Below, in pieces: positions 26,198 to 35,066 of a stretch of 64,000 nucleotides of DNA. The stretch is taken from the IMG/VR virus record IMGVR_UViG_3300042090_002148; one strand, 5' to 3'. Source of the DNA: a virus. The position numbers were made by a program, and so were the translations under genes. The notes under the pieces are model-generated. The model saw only the letters and a list, made by a program, of their open reading frames with translations, searched no databases and was not told the origin of the DNA. Position 1 is the stretch's first letter; each line of letters starts with the position of its first letter.

Positions 26198-27241
26198 TCA
26201 CTCCTCGGGGGGAAGATGCGGGATGTCCTCGCTGCGCGAGATGAAGTAGCGGCGGATGGCGTCACGGAGACGCGGCTTGGCCGTGCTGAGCTGGAGCACG
26301 CCCTGGAAGTCAGGGAAGACGTCGGTCGTGGGGTTGTACTGGTACTCGACCAGGATCTTGTCGCGGCTCGAGTAGCCACGGCGCTTCTTGGGCCCGTGGT
26401 AGTGGTGGATCGCGTGACCGTCGACGTAGCCGATGTTCTTCGTGAGAAGAGCGGCACGCTGCTGCCACGCATGGATGTACGCGCGGTACTCGGGGGCGTA
26501 CCCGTTGTCGTGCATGTCGGGGGCCTGCTCGCCGATGAGGCCGAAGGCCATGAACCAGTCGCCGTGCCCGAGGATGCAGCGGTCGAGGAGACCACCCACC
26601 GTCTCGAAGGCTGAACGTCGGAAGGCCCAAGCACCGCCGGTCGCGCCAACGTGGCGTCCACCGTAGCCGTGACCACCACTTCCCACGGCCCAGCCGCCCT
26701 GGCCGAAGCCCTCGGGCATGCCGTTCTGGATGTAGTTGAACGCAAAGCCGTTGTTCACGCCGAGCGGGCGGTGTCCGTACCCGTAGTGCTCGCCGCTCAG
26801 GTCCATGTACGACGAGAACATCTGCACGAACTCGTAGTGCTGGAGCTGATGTATGGTCTCGAGCGCGATGTCGTGTCGCGTGAAGTGGAAGTCCGCGTCG
26901 ATGACGGCGCCGTACTGCCAGTCCTTCGGGAAGTGCTGCACGGCCAGGTTGAGGAGGTTCTCCTTGTGGAAGAGCTCCGCACGCGTGCGCAAGGCGATGT
27001 CCGTCGGATAGAGCTCCGGGTCCGCGATGTCGAACGGACGATCCCCGTACGCGATCTCGATGAGATGGAGCTCGACGTTCGCGAGGTTCTGCATGTGACG
27101 CCGGAAGTCGTTCGCGAGCTCGCGGCGGTTACGCCAGCGGAACGGGTTGCTGTAGCAGGCCGCGACATGGAGGACTTGCCCTTCCGACCACTCACTCGTC
27201 GGGATGTGAACGTCGGGGTGCTGCAGATGCTTGTGCTCCAT
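26198..27241 (-). CDS. GT-A fold glycosyltransferase-like protein of a family familiar from giant eukaryotic viruses
   Basis: SNPFRWRNRREL, IEIAYGD, HKENLLNL, IDAD (DxD), GAWAFRRSAFETVGGL, ILGHGD, HHYHGPKKRRGY. Confidence 0.7.
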   Translation of the reverse strand: MEHKHLQHPDVHIPTSEWSEGQVLHVAACYSNPFRWRNRRELANDFRRHMQNLANVELHLIEIAYGDRPFDIADPELYPTDIALRTRAELFHKENLLNLAVQHFPKDWQYGAVIDADFHFTRHDIALETIHQLQHYEFVQMFSSYMDLSGEHYGYGHRPLGVNNGFAFNYIQNGMPEGFGQGGWAVGSGGHGYGGRHVGATGGAWAFRRSAFETVGGLLDRCILGHGDWFMAFGLIGEQAPDMHDNGYAPEYRAYIHAWQQRAALLTKNIGYVDGHAIHHYHGPKKRRGYSSRDKILVEYQYNPTTDVFPDFQGVLQLSTAKPRLRDAIRRYFISRSEDIPHLPPEE

Positions 27242-27248
27242 GAATCTC

Positions 27249-27434
27249 CTACTGGTAGGGACGTAACCGTTGTACCCACCGCGCACTGTGGGCTTCGTGA
27301 CAGCTGCGTGAGCAGAACACGACACGGCGCAGCACGGGCCTTCCGCACTCGTTGCACACAAAGTCCTCGTTCGGGTCCACATCGCGGACGAAGAGGGGGC
27401 GGATGAGGTCGAAGAAGAGCTTCTTGAGCAGCAT
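27249..27434 (-). CDS. Small zinc-finger protein
   Basis: 61 aa, CNECGRPV...FCSRSC. Confidence 0.5.
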   Translation of the reverse strand: MLLKKLFFDLIRPLFVRDVDPNEDFVCNECGRPVLRRVVFCSRSCHEAHSARWVQRLRPYQ

Positions 27435-27449
27435 GCGGCTGCTTCTAGC

Positions 27450-27465
27450 GTCTACCTGAGTTTTC
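27450..27465 (-). promoter_or_regulatory. Second-class promoter-like motif GAAAACTCAGGTAGAC
   Basis: 15/16 identical to 59895..59910; both lie just upstream of an ATG. Confidence 0.4.
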
Positions 27466-27529
27466 TCTTCTTCGCCAGAAGAACTTGACCAACCGTCGAG
27501 AGACTGTGAAGAGTCCGTGTCGTACACCA

Positions 27530-27787
27530 TCATCTGTTCGCCGCCTTCTTCTTGGACCAAAACGCCCGCTTACTCCGCACGTCCAGCTGGAGCAAGCGCG
27601 TCGTACTGACGGGCGCCGGTTCGCTGGCTAAGGGCGGATCCTCAGAGTCTCGGAGCAGGCGCTGCTCAGCGCACTGCTCCTCGAAGGTCGCGGGCTTCAC
27701 CAGATCGATGAAGCCCCTCGTCCGGTAGCGATACAGCAAGGCAGCGAACCGCGTCGCTACCGGACGAACTGCGGACTGGTCGCTCAT
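27530..27787 (-). CDS. Hypothetical protein
   Basis: 85 aa. Confidence 0.45.
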   Translation of the reverse strand: MSDQSAVRPVATRFAALLYRYRTRGFIDLVKPATFEEQCAEQRLLRDSEDPPLASEPAPVSTTRLLQLDVRSKRAFWSKKKAANR

Positions 27788-27788
27788 C

Positions 27789-28076
27789 TCAGTTGTCGTT
27801 CGCCGGTCTTGGCGCGTCCATCATACGCACCTGTTCCTCCGTGAACTCAAGGGACTTCCGCAGGATGATGAGAACGTTCTTCGGGTGGGTGTTCCCGAGG
27901 GTCAGGATGACGTTCTCCCCGTTGTAGAGGACGCGTGCGCAGAGGACGCCGGTGGGCAGATGTTCGTTGAGGGTCTTGTTGATCCTCGCGGCGATCTCCT
28001 CCATCTCTTTCTGCGTCTTCACGTCTTCTTCCGTCGCTGCCACCACGCTCGCAGCTTGTTCTTCAGCCAGGCCCAA
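27789..28076 (-). CDS. Hypothetical protein
   Basis: 95 aa, GC3-rich. Confidence 0.5.
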   Translation of the reverse strand: MGLAEEQAASVVAATEEDVKTQKEMEEIAARINKTLNEHLPTGVLCARVLYNGENVILTLGNTHPKNVLIILRKSLEFTEEQVRMMDAPRPANDN

Positions 28077-28121
28077 GCCAGTCCCATGCTCGAGAGCGCG
28101 GTCACAGCAGCCGCCGTCTCG

Positions 28122-28532
28122 TCAGCGCACCAGTGCACGGGACGCTCCCTTGAAGACCTCGGGTCGCGGGCCGTTCACACCGTTGGCCTTCTTCTTTGTG
28201 TCCTCCCTCTTTTTGCGAGCAAGGAGCTCCACCTGCGCCTTCGCGTCGAGCTCGACCCAGGTCTTCATCTCGGTCATCAAGCCGACGACAATAGCGATCT
28301 CTCCCGACACGTCTGCAGACGGCCCGATGTTGTTCGCGTAGTCGACCCGCAGACGGTTGAACGGACGCAGACGCTCATCTGCGGTGCCGTCCGTCGGCTT
28401 GTTCCCCTGCTGCCAACTGTACCCTGGGGGCGACGCGTCATTCCGCGAGACGCGCAGGGTGATGCCTGTCTCCGGATCGGTGAAGTCCTGGACGACCTCC
28501 CACGTGTACGGCTTACGATCCTTCTTTCCCAT
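28122..28532 (-). CDS. Hypothetical protein
   Basis: 136 aa, GC3-rich. Confidence 0.55.
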   Translation of the reverse strand: MGKKDRKPYTWEVVQDFTDPETGITLRVSRNDASPPGYSWQQGNKPTDGTADERLRPFNRLRVDYANNIGPSADVSGEIAIVVGLMTEMKTWVELDAKAQVELLARKKREDTKKKANGVNGPRPEVFKGASRALVR

Positions 28533-28848
28533 GTGAGCGCCCTTTCTTGGTTGTCTTCTTCCGCGAACGCTTGCTGCCGTTCACGAACTCCCAGATGCTC
28601 TTGTGACTGCGGTTCAGCGCGCGTGCGATGGCCGGGTAGCTCCAGCCTTCCTCGCGCAGCTTCTTGCAGACGCGCTTGCGGGCCTCGACGACATGCGTGA
28701 GGCGACCCTTCGCGAGAATCAGCGCCCACGACACCGGCTGCTGTTCCGCAACGGTCAGCTTCTGCGCGTCCTTCTGCAACCACTTCAAGTCGTACTCGTT
28801 TACCTCTTGGAGGAACTTCTCTGCGGCGTCCTTGATGTTGTTGTCCAT
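28513..28848 (-). CDS. HTH protein resembling DnaA domain IV
   Basis: GRLTHVVEARKRVCKKLREEGWSYPAIARALNRSHKSIWEFV. Confidence 0.55.
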   Translation of the reverse strand: MDNNIKDAAEKFLQEVNEYDLKWLQKDAQKLTVAEQQPVSWALILAKGRLTHVVEARKRVCKKLREEGWSYPAIARALNRSHKSIWEFVNGSKRSRKKTTKKGRSHGKEGS

Positions 28849-28855
28849 GCTTCCC

Positions 28856-29197
28856 TCACGAGAGGTAGAAGATGTCGACACGCCGGCCCCGGTAGTCCCA
28901 GTACTCGACGTGCTTGTTGTCCAGCGAGCCCTTCCTGCGCCAGATCTTGAGGATCTGCTCGCGGTTCAGCCCGAGGCGTAGCCCACAGCTTTTCAACACG
29001 CTGTGGACAGCCTCGACGTCCTGCTTCTCCGTGGTGAGCGGGAAGACGATGATGTCCAGGTCCTTGTTGCTGGTCCCGTCCCAGAGGACGCTGCCTGTCA
29101 TCCCGGTGACGTAGCCAACATCCAGCAGCGGTCTGCGGATCATGCGAACGAACTCGAGCGCGAGGGAGCTCGTCCACCCGGGGTACCTCAGTCCCAC
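28856..29197 (-). CDS. Minimal pol-beta-superfamily nucleotidyltransferase-like protein
   Basis: TGMTGSVL...NKDLDIIVF...RVDIF (hGS, DxD, third D). Confidence 0.6.
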   Translation of the reverse strand: MGLRYPGWTSSLALEFVRMIRRPLLDVGYVTGMTGSVLWDGTSNKDLDIIVFPLTTEKQDVEAVHSVLKSCGLRLGLNREQILKIWRRKGSLDNKHVEYWDYRGRRVDIFYLS

Positions 29198-29391
29198 GCA
29201 CGCCTCCTGTCGTCGCGATGCTTGCCTTCATGCCCCTGGAGTTGCTGACAGATCGAGGTGTAGAGCGTGTTCGTACAGAGCGAATAGTGCCTCGCGCACT
29301 TCGCGCAATAGCCGCTACGGCCCGTGTGCCCGTACTCGATGCGGAGCTCTTCCTTGTGCTCGGGGCACTCCGGGAAGAGGAACGCGCTCAT
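29188..29391 (-). CDS. Small Cys/His-rich protein
   Basis: 67 aa, CPEH...CAKC...C...C. Confidence 0.5.
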   Translation of the reverse strand: MSAFLFPECPEHKEELRIEYGHTGRSGYCAKCARHYSLCTNTLYTSICQQLQGHEGKHRDDRRRAWD

Positions 29392-29660
29392 GGCCCTGCG
29401 GGCGGAGCCGGGGGTGCTGGTGGGGTGAGCGCCGCGATGGCGGCCTGGATCTGGTTCGCCAGCGACGGAGGGAGCTGCATGGGCGCGGTGCCAAGGGTGG
29501 CGTTCGCACGGCACGTCCCATTCGAGATGGACGCCGTGAAGCGCCACTGCCCGGTGCTGCCGACCCAGAACGAGTCGGAGGTGTTCTGCCAGTTAGTCAC
29601 CTGCCCGATGGCGGTGGCGGCTTCGGCTAGGGTGTCTTGAACGAAGTTCGGCTGGGTCAT
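29388..29660 (-). CDS. Hypothetical protein
   Basis: 90 aa, first gene after the promoter at 29677. Confidence 0.6.
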   Translation of the reverse strand: MTQPNFVQDTLAEAATAIGQVTNWQNTSDSFWVGSTGQWRFTASISNGTCRANATLGTAPMQLPPSLANQIQAAIAALTPPAPPAPPAGP

Positions 29661-29676
29661 AGTGGTCTCCGAGATC

Positions 29677-29747
29677 CTTGTGCCGTAAAGCCACAAGTTC
29701 TTCACAGCGTACCGTGGCTAAGAAACGGGGCCCAGAGGCCCCGTCTC
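29677..29747 (-). promoter_or_regulatory. Terminator-TTAGC-promoter junction
   Basis: GACGGGGCC-tctg-GGCCCCGTT hairpin, TTAGCC, then GAA-N15-CGGCACAAG. Confidence 0.65.
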
Positions 29748-29749
29748 AA

Positions 29750-30826
29750 TCACTTCGCGAGGATGAGGAGCTCGAAGAGCTTCTTCCCGATCTCGTCCGG
29801 GCTCATCACCTCCGACTCGTGGAGCTGCTTGAAGGAAGCCACAATCTTGGCGAGCTTGTCCGAGCTAGCCGGTCTCGCACGAAGCTCTGCGAGTTCCTTC
29901 TGAGCCTCGCTGTAGAAGATCGTCAGCCCCTCGTTGCGCTCCTTCAGGTTCCTGTTCTCTTCGCCGATCTTGATGCAAGCGTCGTCGAGAGCGTTGATGC
30001 GCTTCTCCCTTTCGGTGAGGCGCACGTGCGCGTGCTCGTTCACCTTCTCGAGCTCGGTGATGCGCTGCTTGTTCACCTCGTGCTCGCGGGCGTACATCGC
30101 CTCCAGCTCCTTGGCCTCCTTCAGCTGGTCGAGGAGAGACTCGACGGTCACTTCGGGGGTCACCATGGGTTCGCTCGGCGGAAGAGGAGGGACGATGGTG
30201 AGCGTCGGCCTGGCGCTCGAGGGAGGAGGCCTGACAGCGGGTGTGGTGTGCGTCGCCCACCACGCAACGAAGTCTGCCGGCAGGTACCGACCCACCGCGA
30301 CAACGCGACCGATGGCCTCCTCCACCTCTGCGATGGACTTGAAGCGCCTCCACGGCTCAAGAGCCCCCAGGATGACGCCTTCTTCTGCCTCTCCCTCGGT
30401 CAGCTGCTTGAAGAGGCTCAGCGAGGACCTGATGGTGTCCGCCGAGGCACGCCCTGGACCTCGTGGTTCGTGGGGCTCGTTCGCCGGCGCAATGACCGGC
30501 AGGCCCGGAGAGCTGGCCGCTTCTCTGCGTGCCACTGCCGTCATGATGGGGCGCAGCACATCGCCCCACTTCGAGGACTGCCTGTCGAGCCCCACGCAGG
30601 GCTTCTTCGACAGCTTGGCCTTGCGGTTGATCTGGTCGAACTGCCCGTGCGACATGAGGAACTTGAAGACCACGACGGCGTCCACCTCGGTCAGGTCGAC
30701 GTCACTCGCGTTCACCCGGTCGGGGACACACGTTCTCACCACGTTCACGCCGAGGTCCTGCAGCTTGGGCTTCAGGTCCCGTTCGTACAGCTCCTCCGAG
30801 AAGTTGTTGAACACGAGCGCTTTCAT
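29750..30826 (-). CDS. DUF2325-like N-terminal domain fused to a coiled coil
   Basis: DAVVVFKFLMSHGQFDQINRKAKLSKKPCVGL; C-terminal heptad-rich helix; AAGGAGG RBS. Confidence 0.55.
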   Translation of the reverse strand: MKALVFNNFSEELYERDLKPKLQDLGVNVVRTCVPDRVNASDVDLTEVDAVVVFKFLMSHGQFDQINRKAKLSKKPCVGLDRQSSKWGDVLRPIMTAVARREAASSPGLPVIAPANEPHEPRGPGRASADTIRSSLSLFKQLTEGEAEEGVILGALEPWRRFKSIAEVEEAIGRVVAVGRYLPADFVAWWATHTTPAVRPPPSSARPTLTIVPPLPPSEPMVTPEVTVESLLDQLKEAKELEAMYAREHEVNKQRITELEKVNEHAHVRLTEREKRINALDDACIKIGEENRNLKERNEGLTIFYSEAQKELAELRARPASSDKLAKIVASFKQLHESEVMSPDEIGKKLFELLILAK

Positions 30827-31766
30827 ACGATGCCTCCTTTGAGATGAGTGGGAATGTGCGGAACTTGTGCGTGCTAGGGCTGGCGACCGGAACGTTTCGG
30901 CTGATCCACGCGTCAACGTCGTCCGGCCAGAACGAAAGTACAAGACCTCGGCTTCGGTGTTCTCTGACGACGCTGATATTCTCCGCCGCTTCGCGCTCGG
31001 TGCCTACGATGGCGGTGGTAGCAACCGGACTTCCGTAGCTCTCGTACGGCCGCAGCCTTGTGTTCGTGTCGCGGGATAGGCCCAAGACAACACCGACGGC
31101 ATTGTTCACGCTGTTCCCGGCAGCGACCGAAGCAAGAACTAGAGGTCTGCGTAGAGAGTTGACGTAGGTCTGGATGAGCGACCCGATCACATGCCCGAGC
31201 TGGATGCTGAGCACGTCCTCGGATCCTCTGACCGTTGTTTTCCAGAGCGCGGAGAGCTCCTTGTCGTCCGCGTCGCTGCTGCGGTAGATGCGGGAGATGT
31301 GCCCCACGTACGCGTTGTGCTTGCAGACTTTGACGACCTGCGGGACGAGACTGACGGTCTTCGGGACCGCCGTGTAGTCGAAGATGAGGCAGGTGTCGTA
31401 CTCCTGGGAGGTGTGTTTCGCGTGCTGCTCGAGTGACTCGCGCACAACCTCGACGTGACGCGGACTACCTCCTGCTTCTTCCTCATCGAGGATGCGTAGC
31501 GCAAGGTCCTCATCCTCGATGAGGAGCACGAGCGACATGTAGCCGGCGTAGAGAGCGACCATCCGCCGCATAAGGTACGGGCTCATGGGGCCCTTCGGAA
31601 GAACGAAGAGGCACTTCCTCCTTCTGTTTCGTGGGATCGTCATGAGGAGCGCGGGCGCCAGAATGGTGAGCGCGTACCGCACCTCCCAGCCAGACAACGG
31701 CCTCTCAAGGCAGTCGTGCGCCGCCAGATGGGCCGGCACGTCACAAGGTCCTTGTTCACACGTCAT
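30702..31766 (-). CDS. Hypothetical protein
   Basis: 354 aa; GC3-rich 5' part; 3' end overlaps the next gene by about 125 nt. Confidence 0.55.
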   Translation of the reverse strand: MTCEQGPCDVPAHLAAHDCLERPLSGWEVRYALTILAPALLMTIPRNRRRKCLFVLPKGPMSPYLMRRMVALYAGYMSLVLLIEDEDLALRILDEEEAGGSPRHVEVVRESLEQHAKHTSQEYDTCLIFDYTAVPKTVSLVPQVVKVCKHNAYVGHISRIYRSSDADDKELSALWKTTVRGSEDVLSIQLGHVIGSLIQTYVNSLRRPLVLASVAAGNSVNNAVGVVLGLSRDTNTRLRPYESYGSPVATTAIVGTEREAAENISVVREHRSRGLVLSFWPDDVDAWISRNVPVASPSTHKFRTFPLISKEASYESARVQQLLGGAVRTGPEAQAAGPRRERGENVCPRPGERE

Positions 31767-32298
31767 CCTTCTTCTCCTTCACGCGCGTCGGAGCAAGGAT
31801 GCCATCAAGCTGGTCGAAGCGCTCCTTGTAGAATTTCGTCCAGCGCCTGAGCGGAGCTCCCCACTCAGTAGGCGGCGTGAGCTCCTTCTCGAGCAGTTTC
31901 CGGCAAGTCGCAAGCCACGCGTCCACCTGCTCGCGAAAAGACACCTGGACATAGTCGAGGGCGTTGTAGCCGATCCACACCTGCTCGACTCGCGCCTTGT
32001 CGACCTGTGTGATGGAGCTCAGGTCGAGCGCCTGAAGCGCCACCATCCCTCGGCCCACCAACTCTTCATCGGTGAACCTCGAGGTCTTCCTCGAGGCCTC
32101 GGCATGCGCGAAGGAACGAATAGCCTCGGCGTGCGCCTTGTGCCTGCAGGTCGCGATGACCTCTGCCCACTTCTCCGTCGGCTTCGTGCGGTAGCAGACG
32201 TGGAACTGGCCCATGTGCTCCACCACGAGCACGCGAGATGTTCCAGGCTCGACCTGGAAGCCACCTCCGATGAGGGTTAGCGTATTGGCGCCGCCCAC
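31756..32298 (-). CDS. Hypothetical protein
   Basis: 180 aa, coupled to neighbours. Confidence 0.55.
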   Translation of the reverse strand: MGGANTLTLIGGGFQVEPGTSRVLVVEHMGQFHVCYRTKPTEKWAEVIATCRHKAHAEAIRSFAHAEASRKTSRFTDEELVGRGMVALQALDLSSITQVDKARVEQVWIGYNALDYVQVSFREQVDAWLATCRKLLEKELTPPTEWGAPLRRWTKFYKERFDQLDGILAPTRVKEKKDDV

Positions 32299-32675
32299 TA
32301 CTTCTTCTCGCGGGGCTTGAGGACGAGGTCGGCATCATCGACCAGGTCGAGAAGCCGCGCCGTCAGGCGACCTGCTCCATACGCCGCCATACTGATGTTG
32401 TCGATGGACTTGGTGACGTCACGGGCGCGACCTCGCTCGAACTCGAGTCGCTTCTCCAAGTCCTTGACGGTGTCGCGGAGGTCGCCGATGCGCTGGAGGA
32501 GCTCCTCGTTGCGGGTCTGCGCCTCGTCGGTGAGCTTCTGCAGCTGATGACTCTCTTCACGTACATGCTTGAGCTCAGCCTCTAGGACATCTGCGAGCTC
32601 AAGGGCCCGCCGAGTCTCTGCAAGACAACGCTCGTGCACCGCTCTACGTCTGTCTATTGTTCTCTTGCTGGGCAT
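32298..32675 (-). CDS. Coiled-coil protein
   Basis: 125 aa, GGAGG RBS after the promoter at 32695. Confidence 0.6.
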   Translation of the reverse strand: MPSKRTIDRRRAVHERCLAETRRALELADVLEAELKHVREESHQLQKLTDEAQTRNEELLQRIGDLRDTVKDLEKRLEFERGRARDVTKSIDNISMAAYGAGRLTARLLDLVDDADLVLKPREKK

Positions 32676-32694
32676 AGAAAGAACCTCCACTGTT

Positions 32695-32755
32695 CTTGTA
32701 CCCGTTCCAGCCGAGGACTTGAGGGCTAAAAAACAGCGCCCGATGGGGCGCTGTT
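32695..32755 (-). promoter_or_regulatory. Terminator-TTAGC-promoter junction
   Basis: AACAGCGCCC-catc-GGGCGCTGTT hairpin, TTTTAGCC, then CAA-N15-GGGTACAAG. Confidence 0.75.
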
Positions 32756-32872
32756 GTCCTTCACGACAGTCCGTTGGTCACCCCACTGACCACGCCCTGG
32801 TTATCCTCGGGAGCGGGAGGCTGCCGTTGCCAGCAGTACAGGTGCTTGCGTCTCCAGTGCATTCTACGGGCT

Positions 32873-33115
32873 TCATGCTCGCCTCCGTGCGACCTTGCGG
32901 ACCTGCTTGGGTGGGTGGGCTGCGCGGTGCTCGGCCAGGATGATGGACTTCACCACCATGTCCGCGACCATGCTCAGCGGCAGCGTGTAGATGCGGCGCT
33001 TCTTGTAGACGCGCACGCCGAATGTCTTCGCCTCACGGTCGATGAGGACCGTGCCGTCTTGTACTCCGCCGGCGCCGTCGAGCGCACCGGTTACCTCGAA
33101 TCGTGACGTGCTCAT
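32873..33115 (-). CDS. Hypothetical protein
   Basis: 80 aa, GGAGG RBS after the promoter at 33132. Confidence 0.6.
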   Translation of the reverse strand: MSTSRFEVTGALDGAGGVQDGTVLIDREAKTFGVRVYKKRRIYTLPLSMVADMVVKSIILAEHRAAHPPKQVRKVARRRA

Positions 33116-33131
33116 GAACACCTCCACGATC

Positions 33132-33188
33132 CTTGTACCGGTTCTGTTGCGCAGATGGACTAAGAGAAAGGGGCCGAAGCCCCTCCCT
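33132..33188 (-). promoter_or_regulatory. Terminator-TTAG-promoter junction
   Basis: AGGGGC-ttcg-GCCCCT hairpin, TTAGTC, then CAT-N14-CGGTACAAG. Confidence 0.65.
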
Positions 33189-33192
33189 CACA

Positions 33193-33411
33193 TCAACCAG
33201 AGATCTTGAAGATCTGCAGGCGACCCTCGTCGGTGAGCTTCCAGCCCTTCTTCGTCTGCTTCGCCCACTTGTTCCGCAGAAGAACGCCGATGGTACCGGC
33301 GAGACCTCCGTGAGCCGAGCGCCCGATGATGGTCTCGCTGCGTGGAGTGCCGTGGTCGCGGATGCACTCCATGGCGCGAATCTGAGCTGGCGTTACCTTC
33401 TTTCGACTCAC
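33193..33411 (-). CDS. Small winged-helix-like protein
   Basis: 72 aa, VTPAQIRAM...LLRNKWA...WKLTDEGR. Confidence 0.5.
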   Translation of the reverse strand: MSRKKVTPAQIRAMECIRDHGTPRSETIIGRSAHGGLAGTIGVLLRNKWAKQTKKGWKLTDEGRLQIFKISG

Positions 33412-33806
33412 GAGAGCAACTCCTTGAGCTCCCTCTTCACGCGCCTCGCCACCGGGCCCTTCCAGAGCGACGCGTTGCAGAGGAAGCGTCGGACGATGTC
33501 CTTCCCGGAGTCGTGACCGAACTTCTCTTCAACGTCGTTCAGATCCTTCATCGCCCGAAGGTAAGGCTCCGCATTGATGGGCACCTTCGCCCAATCCTTC
33601 TTGATCTCGGCGGCGATGACGCTGAGAGCCCGAGGAGCATCAGGCTCTCGGGCGTTGGGTGCGGTGAGCACTGCGTAGAGCCGGCTGATGCAGCCCTCGC
33701 AGTAGTCGAGTTCGTCGTCATGCTCGACTGTTACCCTCACCCCCGGCCTCTTCTTCCGAGCGGTGCAGATGAGGCACTCGGTGACGGTAGCGCGTGCGAA
33801 GACCAT
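33408..33806 (-). CDS. Hypothetical phage protein with CxxC pairs
   Basis: CLIC...YCEGC; AEPYLRAM...FLCNASLWKGPVARRVKRELK. Confidence 0.6.
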   Translation of the reverse strand: MVFARATVTECLICTARKKRPGVRVTVEHDDELDYCEGCISRLYAVLTAPNAREPDAPRALSVIAAEIKKDWAKVPINAEPYLRAMKDLNDVEEKFGHDSGKDIVRRFLCNASLWKGPVARRVKRELKELLS

Positions 33807-34465
33807 CAGTACTCCTCTCCTGGTTCCCATGAGATGGGTCGAAAGGCCTCGGTGAATCCGCGGCCGTACTTCTCGAGCTCCTTGGCCAGTTCGCTGCGTT
33901 GCTTCTCGAGCTCGTCGAGCTCATCTCGCTTCTGCATCATCTGCGTCTTCACGTTGTTCAGCTTCGTGCGTGTCACCACCAGGCCGACCAAGTCAGCGCG
34001 CTCTTCCGGCGACAGATCCGGGAGCATGTACTCCACGGCCGCCTTGGTGGTGAGGCTGATGTGGTGCTCTGCCGGATCCTCACCGTCTTCCCAGGCCTTG
34101 GCGAGCTTCTCGCTGGAGCCGATCTGACCGGTGGCTGCGTGCCACTCCTCGAAGGTGAGACCGTTCTTGTTTCGTTCTGCTTCGGCCATGCGTGTCTTTT
34201 CCTCTTTCGTGGCATTGAGCCACTGATGTGCTGCTGCGAGATGCCTGTGTGCCATCTGATCGCCGAACACCATGTAATCCCGCCCCTCGATGTTCAACAC
34301 AACAGTCCAGTCGTCTCCGCAACGTCTCGGTGGAAACTTCTCGCGGACGATGGCGCAGACGACGATGAAGCGGAACCCCATGAAGCAGTGCAGGGTGTGG
34401 CACACCGTATCTGCCTCAACAGCACGGAGCGGGAGATGGTCAACTCCCGGTGGCAGGATCTTCAT
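33806..34465 (-). CDS. Hypothetical protein
   Basis: 219 aa. Confidence 0.5.
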   Translation of the reverse strand: MKILPPGVDHLPLRAVEADTVCHTLHCFMGFRFIVVCAIVREKFPPRRCGDDWTVVLNIEGRDYMVFGDQMAHRHLAAAHQWLNATKEEKTRMAEAERNKNGLTFEEWHAATGQIGSSEKLAKAWEDGEDPAEHHISLTTKAAVEYMLPDLSPEERADLVGLVVTRTKLNNVKTQMMQKRDELDELEKQRSELAKELEKYGRGFTEAFRPISWEPGEEY

Positions 34466-35066
34466 CTTGCTCGATCCTCTCGGCGGCTACATCAGCCACC
34501 CAGAAGTTCACCTTCACGTTCCGGTCAGCCCAGGCCTCGAGCAGTTCGTCGAGCTCCTTCTTGGCCTCGTCCGAGACCTCGGGGAACTCCGCGCTGGCTT
34601 CGCCGCCGTCCGCTGTCTCGGCCATCTGCTCAACCACCCAGTTGGCGTCGGGCACGTAGGCGCTGGGCGGGCTCTGCGTGCCCTCCATGACGTAGAAGTA
34701 GGGCACGTCACCGAACTCGCTGCGCGCCTCCTTGATGGCCTGCTCACGCGTCTCGCACATCCCCGACCAGGTATCGCAGTCGTCGCTCGTGGCGTAGCCC
34801 CAGACCGTCTTGGCCACGACCACGGGGCGCTGGGTGTGTGCTTGCCCGAGCTGGGCCTCGAGGTCCTTCACTTTCGCCCGCTCTTGCGCAAGGTTCGTCT
34901 CGAGCGTCGTGATGAGCCCGCGCTGTGCCTCGAACGCGTTCCACACGCAGGCGTGGCAGAGCGCGGCCTCCTTCGTGTCCGGCGGCTGGCAGCCCTCATC
35001 GAGCCCGTAGACCACGCCGCAGCTGCTGCACTCCCCGTCCCATTCCCACATGAGCTCAGTCGTCAT
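34440..35066 (-). CDS. Hypothetical protein (Zn finger, coiled coil, acidic domain)
   Basis: CSSC...CHAC; 208 aa. Confidence 0.6.
   Translation of the reverse strand: MTTELMWEWDGECSSCGVVYGLDEGCQPPDTKEAALCHACVWNAFEAQRGLITTLETNLAQERAKVKDLEAQLGQAHTQRPVVVAKTVWGYATSDDCDTWSGMCETREQAIKEARSEFGDVPYFYVMEGTQSPPSAYVPDANWVVEQMAETADGGEASAEFPEVSDEAKKELDELLEAWADRNVKVNFWVADVAAERIEQDEDPATGS

Noticed and set aside
32778-32876. 32-aa ORF coupled by ATGA
   Set aside because: Too short, with atypical codons and no motif; cannot be supported.
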